A DNA stretch of 64,000 nucleotides from Auanema rhodensis (Eukaryota; Animalia; Nematoda), in the NCBI GenBank assembly GCA_964057225.1, contig OZ059894.1, positions 22,258,001 through 22,322,000 of the forward strand. Direction: 5' to 3'. Below the pieces are notes generated by a model. The model was not told the origin of the DNA and did not search any database. It was given only the letters and a program-made list of their open reading frames with translations. A program made the position numbers and the translations under genes. Shown piece by piece: positions 10,945 through 25,100 of this stretch (positions are counted from its first letter, which is position 1; every line of letters starts with the position of its first letter).

Positions 10945-13900
10945 GTAGTATAGTGCATTCGATGCGGATTTTTAAGCTGCGTCGATCTGTGTTATCAGAT
11001 TTGCGCTAGCTTAAAAATGCACCGAGATATCAACTGATATAAGTTCACACTTATATCCTCGATTTTCACCCTGAAGAATTAATTTTTTCGTTGAATAACA
11101 TTGTCCATCGTCTTTGCCTTAAAAAAAGGAATCTAAAAACATCTACTTTTTGCTGAATTATTTTGAAATTTTTCGAAAAAATTTTTGTCAAAATGTTTTT
11201 GGAAGCAATGTTGAGTGTACATGGAAACTCAACATACACTAATGCATCATTTTTCAAACGATCATAACTAATTTTTGTATCAAACGTTTCTCAATGTAGT
11301 ATAGTGCATTCGATGCGGATTTTTAAGCTGCGTCGATCTGTGTTATCAGATTTGCGCTAGCTTAAAAATGCACCGAGATATCAACTGATATAAGTTTACA
11401 CTTATATCCTCGATTTTCACCCTGAAGAATTAATTTTTTCGTTGAATAACATTGTCCATCGTCTTTGGCTTGAAAAATGGAATCTAAAAACATCTACTTT
11501 TTGCTAAATTATTTTGAAATTTTTCGAAAAAATTTTTGTCAAAATGTTTTTGGAAGCAATGTTGAGTGTACATGGAAACTCAACATACACTAATGCATCA
11601 TTTTTCAAACGATCATAACTAATTTTTGTATCAAACGTTTCTCAATGTAGTATAGTGCATTCGATGCGGATTTTTAAGCTGCGTCGATCTGTGTTATCAG
11701 ATTTGCGCTAGCTTAAAAATGCACCGAGATATCAACTGATATAAGTTCACACTTATATCCTCGATTTTCACCCTGAAGAATTAATTTTTTCGTTGAATAA
11801 CATTGTCCATCGTCTTTGCCTTGGAAAAAGGAATCTAAAAACATCTACTTTTTGCTGAATTATTCTGAAATTTTTCGAAAAAATTTTTGTCAAAATGTTT
11901 TTGGAAGCAATGTTGAGTGTACATGGAAACTCAACATACACTAATGCATCATTTTTCAAACGATCATAACTAATTTTTGTATTAAGCGTATCTCAATGTA
12001 GTATAGTGCATTCGATGCGGATTTTTAAGCTGCGTCGATCTGTGTTATCAGATTTGCGCTAGCTTAAAAATGCACCGAGATATCAACTGATATAAGTTCA
12101 CACTTATATCCTCGATTTTCACCCTAAAGAATCAATTTTTTCGTTGAATAACATTGTCCATCGTCTTTGCCTTGGAAAAAGGAATCTAAAAACATCTACT
12201 TTTTGCTGAATTATTCTGAAATTTTTCGAAAAAATTTTTGTCAAAATGTTTTTGGAAGCAATGTTGAGTGTACATGGAAACTCAACATACACTAATGCAT
12301 CATTTTTCAAACGATCATAACTAATTTTTGTATCAAGCGTTTCTTGATGTAGTATAGTGCATTCGATGCGGATTTTTAAGCTGCGTCGATCTGTGTTATC
12401 AGATTTGCGCTAGCTTAAAAATGCACCGAGATATCAACTGATATAAGTTCACACTTATATCCTCGATTTTCACCCTGAAGAATTAATTTTTTCGTTGAAT
12501 AACATTGTCCATCGTCTTTGCCTTAAAAAAAGGAATCTAAAAACATCTACTTTTTGCTGAATTATTTTGAAATTTTTCGAAAAAATTTTTGTCAAAATGT
12601 TTTTGGAAGCAATGTTGAGTGTACATGGAAACTCAACATACACTAATGCATCATTTTTCAAACGATCATAACTAATTTTTGTATCAAGCGTTTTTTGATG
12701 TAGTATAGTGCATTCGATGCGGATTTTTAAGCTGCGTCGATCTGTGTTATCAGATTTGCGCTAGCTTAAAAATGCACCGAGATATCAACTGATATAAGTT
12801 CACACTTATATCCTCGATTTTCACCCTGAAGAATTAATTTTTTCGTTGAATAACATTGTCCATCGTCTTTGCCTTAAAAAAAGGAATCTAAAAACATCTA
12901 CTTTTTGCTGAATTATTTTGAAATTTTTCGAAAAAATTTTTGTCAAAATGTTTTTGGAAGCAATGTTGAGTGTACATGGAAACTCAACATACACTAATGC
13001 ATCATTTTTCAAACGATCATAACTAATTTTTGTATCAAACGTTTCTCAATGTAGTATAGTGCATTCGATGCGGATTTTTAAGCTGCGTCGATCTGTGTTA
13101 TCAGATTTGCGCTAGCTTAAAAATGTACCGAGATATCAACTGATATAAGTTCACACTTATATCCTCGATTTTCACCCTGAAGAATTAATTTTTTCGTTGA
13201 ATAACATTGTCCATCGTCTTTGCCTTGGAAAAAGGAATCTAAAAACATCTACTTTTTGCTGAATTATTCTGAAATTTTTCGAAAAAGTTTTTGTCAAAAT
13301 GTTTTTGGAAGCAATGTTGAGTGTACATGGAAACTCAACATACACTAATGCATCATTTTTCAAACGATCATAACTAATTTTTGTATCAAGCGTTTCTTGA
13401 TGTAGTATAGTGCATTCGATGCGGATTTTTAAGCTGCGTCGATCTGTGTTATCAGATTTGCGCTAGCTTAAAAATGCACCGAGATATCAACTGATATAAG
13501 TTCACACTTATATCCTCGATTTTCACCCTGAAGAATTAATTTTTTCGTTGAATAACATTGTCCATCGTCTTTGCCTTAAAAAAAGGAATCTAAAAACATC
13601 TACTTTTTGCTGAATTATTTTGAAATTTTTCGAAAAAATTTTTGTCAAAATGTTTTTGGAAGCAATGTTGAGTGTACATGGAAACTCAACATACACTAAT
13701 GCATCATTTTTCAAACGATCATAACTAATTTTTGTATCAAACGTTTCTCAATGTAGTATAGTGCATTCGATGCGGATTTTTAAGCTGCGTCGATCTGTGT
13801 TATCAGATTTGCGCTAGCTTAAAAATGCACCGAGATATCAACTGATATAAGTTTACACTTATATCCTCGATTTTCACCCTGAAGAATTAATTTTTTCGTT

Positions 13901-16030
13901 GAATAACATTGTCCATCGTCTTTGGCTTGAAAAATGGAATCTAAAAACATCTACTTTTTGCTAAATTATTTTGAAATTTTTCGAAAAAATTTTTGTCAAA
14001 ATGTTTTTGGAAGCAATGTTGAGTGTACATGGAAACTCAACATACACTAATGCATCATTTTTCAAACGATCATAACTAATTTTTGTATCAAACGTTTCTC
14101 AATGTAGTATAGTGCATTCGATGCGGATTTTTAAGCTGCGTCGATCTGTGTTATCAGATTTGCGCTAGCTTAAAAATGCACCGAGATATCAACTGATATA
14201 AGTTCACACTTATATCCTCGATTTTCACCCTGAAGAATTAATTTTTTCGTTGAATAACATTGTCCATCGTCTTTGCCTTGGAAAAAGGAATCTAAAAACA
14301 TCTACTTTTTGCTGAATTATTCTGAAATTTTTCGAAAAAATTTTTGTCAAAATGTTTTTGGAAGCAATGTTGAGTGTACATGGAAACTCAACATACACTA
14401 ATGCATCATTTTTCAAACGATCATAACTAATTTTTGTATTAAGCGTATCTCAATGTAGTATAGTGCATTCGATGCGGATTTTTAAGCTGCGTCGATCTGT
14501 GTTATCAGATTTGCGCTAGCTTAAAAATGCACCGAGATATCAACTGATATAAGTTCACACTTATATCCTCGATTTTCACCCTAAAGAATCAATTTTTTCG
14601 TTGAATAACATTGTCCATCGTCTTTGCCTTGGAAAAAGGAATCTAAAAACATCTACTTTTTGCTGAATTATTCTGAAATTTTTCGAAAAAATTTTTGTCA
14701 AAATGTTTTTGGAAGCAATGTTGAGTGTACATGGAAACTCAACATACACTAATGCATCATTTTTCAAACGATCATAACTAATTTTTGTATCAAGCGTTTC
14801 TTGATGTAGTATAGTGCATTCGATGCGGATTTTTAAGCTGCGTCGATCTGTGTTATCAGATTTGCGCTAGCTTAAAAATGCACCGAGATATCAACTGATA
14901 TAAGTTCACACTTATATCCTCGATTTTCACCCTGAAGAATTAATTTTTTCGTTGAATAACATTGTCCATCGTCTTTGCCTTAAAAAAAGGAATCTAAAAA
15001 CATCTACTTTTTGCTGAATTATTTTGAAATTTTTCGAAAAAATTTTTGTCAAAATGTTTTTGGAAGCAATGTTGAGTGTACATGGAAACTCAACATACAC
15101 TAATGCATCATTTTTCAAACGATCATAACTAATTTTTGTATCAAGCGTTTCTTGATGTAGTATAGTGCATTCGATGCGGATTTTTAAGCTGCGTCGATCT
15201 GTGTTATCAGATTTGCGCTAGCTTAAAAATGCACCGAGATATCAACTGATATAAGTTCACACTTATATCCTCGATTTTCACCCTGAAGAATTAATTTTTT
15301 CGTTGAATAACATTGTCCATCGTCTTTGCCTTAAAAAAAGGAATCTAAAAACATCTACTTTTTGCTGAATTATTTTGAAATTTTTCGAAAAAATTTTTGT
15401 CAAAATGTTTTTGGAAGCAATGTTGAGTGTACATGGAAACTCAACATACACTAATGCATCATTTTTCAAACGATCATAACTAATTTTTGTATCAAACGTT
15501 TCTCAATGTAGTATAGTGCATTCGATGCGGATTTTTAAGCTGCGTCGATCTGTGTTATCAGATTTGCGCTAGCTTAAAAATGTACCGAGATATCAACTGA
15601 TATAAGTTCACACTTATATCCTCGATTTTCACCCTGAAGAATTAATTTTTTCGTTGAATAACATTGTCCATCGTCTTTGCCTTGGAAAAAGGAATCTAAA
15701 AACATCTACTTTTTGCTGAATTATTCTGAAATTTTTCGAAAAAGTTTTTGTCAAAATGTTTTTGGAAGCAATGTTGAGTGTACATGGAAACTCAACATAC
15801 ACTAATGCATCATTTTTCAAACGATCATAACTAATTTTTGTATCAAGCGTTTCTTGATGTAGTATAGTGCATTCGATGCGGATTTTTAAGCTGCGTCGAT
15901 CTGTGTTATCAGATTTGCGCTAGCTTAAAAATGCACCGAGATATCAACTGATATAAGTTCACACTTATATCCTCGATTTTCACCCTGAAGAATTAATTTT
16001 TTCGTTGAATAACATTGTCCATCGTCTTTG
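10945..16030. repeat. 7-monomer (2457-bp) tandem duplication; boundaries approximate
   Basis: Private variants ctttgGct (about 11467/13924), gcgtAtctc, the DSLG ORF variant (12119/14576) and the KTF ORF variant (13172/15629) all recur at 2457 bp. Confidence 0.92.
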
Positions 16031-16869
16031 CCTTGAAAAAAGGAATCTAAAAACATCTACTTTTTGCTGAATTATTTTGAAATTTTTCGAAAAAATTTTT
16101 GTCAAAATGTTTTTGGAAGCAATTTTGAGTGTACATGGAAACTCAACATACACTAATGCATCATTTTTCAAACGATCATAACTAATTTTTGTATTAAGCG
16201 TTTCTCAATGTAGTATAGTGCATTCGATGCGGATTTTTAAGCTGCGTCGATCTGTGTTATCAGATTTGCGCTAGCTTAAAAATGCACCGAGATATCAACT
16301 GATATAAGTTCACACTTATATCCTCGATTTTCACCCTGAAGAATTAATTTTTTCGTTGAATAACATTGTCCATCGTCTTTGCCTTGGAAAAAGGAATCTA
16401 AAAACATCTACTTTTTGCTGAATTATTCTGAAATTTTTCGAAAAAATTTTTGTCAAAATGTTTTTGGAAGCAATGTTGAGTGTACATGGAAACTCAACAT
16501 ACACTAATGCATCATTTTTCAAACGATCATAACTAATTTTTGTATCAAGCGTTTCTTGATGTAGTATAGTGCATTCGATGCGGATTTTTAAGCTGCGTCG
16601 ATCTGTGTTATCAGATTTGCGCTAGCTTAAAAATGCACCGAGATATCAACTGATATAAGTTCACACTTATATCCTCGATTTTCACCCTGAAGAATTAATT
16701 TTTTCGTTGAATAACATTGTCCATCGTCTTTGCCTTAAAAAAAGGAATCTAAAAACATCTACTTTTTGCTGAATTATTTTGAAATTTTTCGAAAAAATTT
16801 TTGTCAAAATGTTTTTGGAAGCAATGTTGAGTGTACATGGAAACTCAACATACACTAATGCATCATTTT

Positions 16870-19800
16870 TCAAACGAACATAACTAATTTTTTTATCAAA
16901 CGTTTCTCAATGTAGTATAGTGCATTCGATGCGGATTTTTAAGCTGCGTCGATCTGTGTTATCAGATTTGCGCTAGCTTAAAAATGCACCGAGATATCAA
17001 CTGATATAAGTTCACACTTATATCCTCGATTTTCACCCTGAAGAATTAATTTTTTCGTTGAATAACATTGTCCATCGTCTTTGCCTTGAAAAAAGGAATC
17101 TAAAAACATCTACTTTTTGCTGAATTATTTTGAAATTTTTCGAAAAAATTTTTGTCAAAATGTTTTTGGAAGCAATTTTGAGTGTACATGGAAACTCAAC
17201 ATACACTAATGCATCATTTTTCAAACGATCATAACTAATTTTTGTATTAAGCGTTTCTCAATGTAGTATAGTGCATTCGATGCGGATTTTTAAGCTGCGT
17301 CGATCTGTGTTATCAGATTTGCGCTAGCATAAAAATGCACCGAGATATCAACTGATATAAGTTTACACTTATATCCTCGATTTTCACCCTGAAGAATTAA
17401 TTTTTTCGTTGAATAACATTGTCCATCGTCTTTGCCTTGAAAAATGGAATCTAAAAACATCTACTTTTTGCTAAATTATTTTGAAATTTTTCGAAAAAAT
17501 TTTTGTCAAAATGTTTTTGGAAGCAATGTTGAGTGTACATGGAAACTCAACACACACTAATGCATCATTTTTCAAACGATCATAACTAATTTGTGTATTA
17601 AGCGTTTCTCAATGTAGTATAGTGCATTCGATGCGGATTTTTAAGCTGCGTCGATCTGTGTTATCAGATTTGCGCTAGCTTAAAAATGCACCGAGATATC
17701 AACTGATATAAGTTCACACTTATATCCTCGATTTTCACCCTGAAGAATTAATTTTTTCGTTGAATAACATTGTCCATCGTCTTTGCCTTAAAAAAAGGAA
17801 TCTAAAAACATCTACTTTTTGCTAAATTATTTTGAAATTTTTCGAAAAAATTTTTGTCAAAATGTTTTTGGAAGCAATGTTGAGTGTACATGGAAACTCA
17901 ACATACACTAATGCATCATTTTTCAAACGAACATAACTAATTTTTTTATCAAACGTTTCTCAATGTAGTATAGTGCATTCGATGCGGATTTTTAAGCTGC
18001 GTCGATCTGTGTTATCAGATTTGCGCTAGCTTAAAAATGCACCGAGATATCAACTGATATAAGTTCACACTTATATCCTCGATTTTCACCCTGAAGAATT
18101 AATTTTTTCGTTGAATAACATTGTCCATCGTCTTTGCCTTGAAAAAAGGAATCTAAAAACATCTACTTTTTGCTGAATTATTTTGAAATTTTTCGAAAAA
18201 ATTTTTGTCAAAATGTTTTTGGAAGCAATTTTGAGTGTACATGGAAACTCAACATACACTAATGCATCATTTTTCAAACGATCATAACTAATTTTTGTAT
18301 TAAGCGTTTCTCAATGTAGTATAGTGCATTCGATGCGGATTTTTAAGCTGCGTCGATCTGTGTTATCAGATTTGCGCTAGCATAAAAATGCACCGAGATA
18401 TCAACTGATATAAGTTTACACTTATATCCTCGATTTTCACCCTGAAGAATTAATTTTTTCGTTGAATAACATTGTCCATCGTCTTTGCCTTGAAAAATGG
18501 AATCTAAAAACATCTACTTTTTGCTAAATTATTTTGAAATTTTTCGAAAAAATTTTTGTCAAAATGTTTTTGGAAGCAATGTTGAGTGTACATGGAAACT
18601 CAACACACACTAATGCATCATTTTTCAAACGATCATAACTAATTTGTGTATTAAGCGTTTCTCAATGTAGTATAGTGCATTCGATGCGGATTTTTAAGCT
18701 GCGTCGATCTGTGTTATCAGATTTGCGCTAGCTTAAAAATGCACCGAGATATCAACTGATATAAGTTCACACTTATATCCTCGATTTTCACCCTGAAGAA
18801 TTAATTTTTTCGTTGAATAACATTGTCCATCGTCTTTGCCTTAAAAAAAGGAATCTAAAAACATCTACTTTTTGCTAAATTATTTTGAAATTTTTCGAAA
18901 AAATTTTTGTCAAAATGTTTTTGGAAGCAATGTTGAGTGTACATGGAAACTCAACATACACTAATGCATCATTTTTCAAACGAACATAACTAATTTTTTT
19001 ATCAAACGTTTCTCAATGTAGTATAGTGCATTCGATGCGGATTTTTAAGCTGCGTCGATCTGTGTTATCAGATTTGCGCTAGCTTAAAAATGCACCGAGA
19101 TATCAACTGATATAAGTTCACACTTATATCCTCGATTTTCACCCTGAAGAATTAATTTTTTCGTTGAATAACATTGTCCATCGTCTTTGCCTTGAAAAAA
19201 GGAATCTAAAAACATCTACTTTTTGCTGAATTATTTTGAAATTTTTCGAAAAAATTTTTGTCAAAATGTTTTTGGAAGCAATTTTGAGTGTACATGGAAA
19301 CTCAACATACACTAATGCATCATTTTTCAAACGATCATAACTAATTTTTGTATTAAGCGTTTCTCAATGTAGTATAGTGCATTCGATGCGGATTTTTAAG
19401 CTGCGTCGATCTGTGTTATCAGATTTGCGCTAGCATAAAAATGCACCGAGATATCAACTGATATAAGTTTACACTTATATCCTCGATTTTCACCCTGAAG
19501 AATTAATTTTTTCGTTGAATAACATTGTCCATCGTCTTTGCCTTGAAAAATGGAATCTAAAAACATCTACTTTTTGCTAAATTATTTTGAAATTTTTCGA
19601 AAAAATTTTTGTCAAAATGTTTTTGGAAGCAATGTTGAGTGTACATGGAAACTCAACACACACTAATGCATCATTTTTCAAACGATCATAACTAATTTGT
19701 GTATTAAGCGTTTCTCAATGTAGTATAGTGCATTCGATGCGGATTTTTAAGCTGCGTCGATCTGTGTTATCAGATTTGCGCTAGCTTAAAAATGCACCGA

Positions 19801-22150
19801 GATATCAACTGATATAAGTTCACACTTATATCCTCGATTTTCACCCTGAAGAATTAATTTTTTCGTTGAATAACATTGTCCATCGTCTTTGCCTTAAAAA
19901 AAGGAATCTAAAAACATCTACTTTTTGCTAAATTATTTTGAAATTTTTCGAAAAAATTTTTGTCAAAATGTTTTTGGAAGCAATGTTGAGTGTACATGGA
20001 AACTCAACATACACTAATGCATCATTTTTCAAACGATCATAACTAATTTTTGTATCAAACGTTTCTCAATGTAGTATAGTGCATTCGATGCGGATTTTTA
20101 AGCTGCGTCGATCTGTGTTATCAGATTTGCGCTAGCTTAAAAATGCACCGAGATATCAACTGATATAAGTTCACACTTATATCCTCGATTTTCACCCTGA
20201 AGAATTAATTTTTTCGTTGAATAACATTGTCCATCGTCTTTGCCTTGGAAAAAGGAATCTAAAAACATCTACTTTTTGCTGAATTATTCTGAAATTTTTC
20301 GAAAAAATTTTTGTCAAAATGTTTTTGGAAGCAATGTTGAGTGTACATGGAAACTCAACATACACTAATGCATCATTTTTCAAACGATCATAACTAATTT
20401 TTGTATTAAGCGTTTCTCAATGTAGTATAGTGCATTCGATGCGGATTTTTAAGCTGCGTCGATCTGTGTTATCAGATTTGCGCTAGCATAAAAATGCACC
20501 GAGATATCAACTGATATAAGTTTACACTTATATCCTCGATTTTCACCCTGAAGAATTAATTTTTTCGTTGAATAACATTGTCCATCGTCTTTGCCTTGAA
20601 AAATGGAATCTAAAAACATCTACTTTTTGCTAAATTATTTTGAAATTTTTCGAAAAAATTTTTGTCAAAATGTTTTTGGAAGCAATGTTGAGTGTACATG
20701 GAAACTCAACACACACTAATGCATCATTTTTCAAACGATCATAACTAATTTGTGTATTAAGCGTTTCTCAATGTAGTATAGTGCATTCGATGCGGATTTT
20801 TAAGCTGCGTCGATCTGTGTTATCAGATTTGCGCTAGCTTAAAAATGCACCGAGATATCAACTGATATAAGTTCACACTTATATCCTCGATTTTCACCCT
20901 GAAGAATTAATTTTTTCGTTGAATAACATTGTCCATCGTCTTTGCCTTAAAAAAAGGAATCTAAAAACATCTACTTTTTGCTAAATTATTTTGAAATTTT
21001 TCGAAAAAATTTTTGTCAAAATGTTTTTGGAAGCAATGTTGAGTGTACATGGAAACTCAACATACACTAATGCATCATTTTTCAAACGAACATAACTAAT
21101 TTTTTTATCAAACGTTTCTCAATGTAGTATAGTGCATTCGATGCGGATTTTTAAGCTGCGTCGATCTGTGTTATCAGATTTGCGCTAGCTTAAAAATGCA
21201 CCGAGATATCAACTGATATAAGTTCACACTTATATCCTCGATTTTCACCCTGAAGAATTAATTTTTTCGTTGAATAACATTGTCCATCGTCTTTGCCTTG
21301 AAAAAAGGAATCTAAAAACATCTACTTTTTGCTGAATTATTTTGAAATTTTTCGAAAAAATTTTTGTCAAAATGTTTTTGGAAGCAATTTTGAGTGTACA
21401 TGGAAACTCAACATACACTAATGCATCATTTTTCAAACGATCATAACTAATTTTTGTATTAAGCGTTTCTCAATGTAGTATAGTGCATTCGATGCGGATT
21501 TTTAAGCTGCGTCGATCTGTGTTATCAGATTTGCGCTAGCATAAAAATGCACCGAGATATCAACTGATATAAGTTTACACTTATATCCTCGATTTTCACC
21601 CTGAAGAATTAATTTTTTCGTTGAATAACATTGTCCATCGTCTTTGCCTTGAAAAATGGAATCTAAAAACATCTACTTTTTGCTAAATTATTTTGAAATT
21701 TTTCGAAAAAATTTTTGTCAAAATGTTTTTGGAAGCAATGTTGAGTGTACATGGAAACTCAACACACACTAATGCATCATTTTTCAAACGATCATAACTA
21801 ATTTGTGTATTAAGCGTTTCTCAATGTAGTATAGTGCATTCGATGCGGATTTTTAAGCTGCGTCGATCTGTGTTATCAGATTTGCGCTAGCTTAAAAATG
21901 CACCGAGATATCAACTGATATAAGTTCACACTTATATCCTCGATTTTCACCCTGAAGAATTAATTTTTTCGTTGAATAACATTGTCCATCGTCTTTGCCT
22001 TAAAAAAAGGAATCTAAAAACATCTACTTTTTGCTAAATTATTTTGAAATTTTTCGAAAAAATTTTTGTCAAAATGTTTTTGGAAGCAATGTTGAGTGTA
22101 CATGGAAACTCAACATACACTAATGCATCATTTTTCAAACGATCATAACT
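16870..22150. repeat. 3-monomer (1053-bp) higher-order repeat, about 5 units
   Basis: gctagcAt occurs at about 17329, 18382, 19435, 20488 and 21541. ORFs at 17033, 18086, 19139, 20192 and 21245 are spaced 1053 bp. Confidence 0.9.
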
Positions 22151-25100
22151 AATTTTTGTATCAAACGTTTCTCAATGTAGTATAGTGCATTCGATGCGGA
22201 TTTTTAAGCTGCGTCGATCTGTGTTATCAGATTTGCGCTAGCTTAAAAATGCACCGAGATATCAACTGATATAAGTTCACACTTATATCCTCGATTTTCA
22301 CCCTGAAGAATTAATTTTTTCGTTGAATAACATTGTCCATCGTCTTTGCCTTGGAAAAAGGAATCTAAAAACATCTACTTTTTGCTGAATTATTCTGAAA
22401 TTTTTCGAAAAAATTTTTGTCAAAATGTTTTTGGAAGCAATGTTGAGTGTACATGGAAACTCAACATACACTAATGCATCATTTTTCAAACGATCATAAC
22501 TAATTTTTGTATCAAGCGTTTCTTGATGTAGTATAGTGCATTCGATGCGGATTTTTAAGCTGCGTCGATCTGTGTTATCAGATTTGCGCTAGCTTAAAAA
22601 TGCACCGAGATATCAACTGATATAAGTTCACACTTATATCCTCGATTTTCACCCTGAAGAATTAATTTTTTCGTTGAATAACATTGTCCATCGTCTTTGC
22701 CTTGAAAAAAGGAATCTAAAAACATCTACTTTTTGCTGAATTATTTTGAAATTTTTCGAAAAAATTTTTGTCAAAATGTTTTTGGAAGCAATTTTGAGTG
22801 TACATGGAAACTCAACATACACTAATGCATCATTTTTCAAACGATCATAACTAATTTTTGTATTAAGCGTTTCTCAATGTAGTATAGTGCATTCGATGCG
22901 GATTTTTAAGCTGCGTCGATCTGTGTTATCAGATTTGCGCTAGCTTAAAAATGCACCGAGATATCAACTGATATAAGTTCACACTTATATCCTCGATTTT
23001 CACCCTGAAGAATTAATTTTTTCGTTGAATAACATTGTCCATCGTCTTTGCCTTGGAAAAAGGAATCTAAAAACATCTACTTTTTGCTGAATTATTCTGA
23101 AATTTTTCGAAAAAATTTTTGTCAAAATGTTTTTGGAAGCAATGTTGAGTGTACATGGAAACTCAACATACACTAATGCATCATTTTTCAAACGATCATA
23201 ACTAATTTTTGTATCAAGCGTTTCTTGATGTAGTATAGTGCATTCGATGCGGATTTTTAAGCTGCGTCGATCTGTGTTATCAGATTTGCGCTAGCTTAAA
23301 AATGCACCGAGATATCAACTGATATAAGTTCACACTTATATCCTCGATTTTCACCCTGAAGAATTAATTTTTTCGTTGAATAACATTGTCCATCGTCTTT
23401 GCCTTAAAAAAAGGAATCTAAAAACATCTACTTTTTGCTAAATTATTTTGAAATTTTTCGAAAAAATTTTTGTCAAAATGTTTTTGGAAGCAATGTTGAG
23501 TGTACATGGAAACTCAACATACACTAATGCATCATTTTTCAAACGAACATAACTAATTTTTTTATCAAACGTTTCTCAATGTAGTATAGTGCATTCGATG
23601 CGGATTTTTAAGCTGCGTCGATCTGTGTTATCAGATTTGCGCTAGCTTAAAAATGCACCGAGATATCAACTGATATAAGTTCACACTTATATCCTCGATT
23701 TTCACCCTGAAGAATTAATTTTTTCGTTGAATAACATTGTCCATCGTCTTTGCCTTGAAAAAAGGAATCTAAAAACATCTACTTTTTGCTGAATTATTTT
23801 GAAATTTTTCGAAAAAATTTTTGTCAAAATGTTTTTGGAAGCAATTTTGAGTGTACATGGAAACTCAACATACACTAATGCATCATTTTTCAAACGATCA
23901 TAACTAATTTTTGTATTAAGCGTTTCTCAATGTAGTATAGTGCATTCGATGCGGATTCTTAAGCTGCGTCGATCTGTGTTATCAGATTTGCGCTAGCATA
24001 AAAATGCACCGAGATATCAACTGATATAAGTTTACACTTATATCCTCGATTTTCACCCTGAAGAATTAATTTTTTCGTTGAATAACATTGTCCATCGTCT
24101 TTGCCTTGAAAAATGGAATCTAAAAACATCTACTTTTTGCTAAATTATTTTGAAATTTTTCGAAAAAATTTTTGTCAAAATGTTTTTGGAAGCAATGTTG
24201 AGTGTACATGGAAACTCAACACACACTAATGCATCATTTTTCAAACGATCATAACTAATTTGTGTATTAAGCGTTTCTCAATGTAATATAGTGCATTCGA
24301 TGCGGATTTTTAAGCTGCGTCGATCTGTGTTATCAGATTTGCGCTAGCTTAAAAATGCACCGAGATATCAACTGATATAAGTTCACACTTATATCCTCGA
24401 TTTTCACCCTGAAGAATTAATTTTTTCGTTGAATAACATTGTCCATCGTCTTTGCCTTAAAAAAAGGAATCTAAAAACATCTACTTTTTGCTAAATTATT
24501 TTGAAATTTTTCGAAAAAATTTTTGTCAAAATGTTTTTGGAAGCAATGTTGAGTGTACATGGAAACTCAACATACACTAATGCATCATTTTTCAAACGAT
24601 CATAACTAATTTTTGTATCAAACGTTTCTCAATGTAGTATAGTGCATTCGATGCGGATTTTTAAGCTGCGTCGATCTGTGTTATCAGATTTGCGCTAGCT
24701 TAAAAATGCACCGAGATATCAACTGATATAAGTTCACACTTATATCCTCGATTTTCACCCTGAAGAATTAATTTTTTCGTTGAATAACATTGTCCATCGT
24801 CTTTGCCTTGGAAAAAGGAATCTAAAAACATCTACTTTTTGCTGAATTATTCTGAAATTTTTCGAAAAAATTTTTGTCAAAATGTTTTTGGAAGCAATGT
24901 TGAGTGTACATGGAAACTCAACATACACTAATGCATCATTTTTCAAACGATCATAACTAATTTTTGTATCAAGCGTTTCTTGATGTAGTATAGTGCATTC
25001 GATGCGGATTTTTAAGCTGCGTCGATCTGTGTTATCAGATTTGCGCTAGCTTAAAAATGCACCGAGATATCAACTGATATAAGTTCACACTTATATCCTC

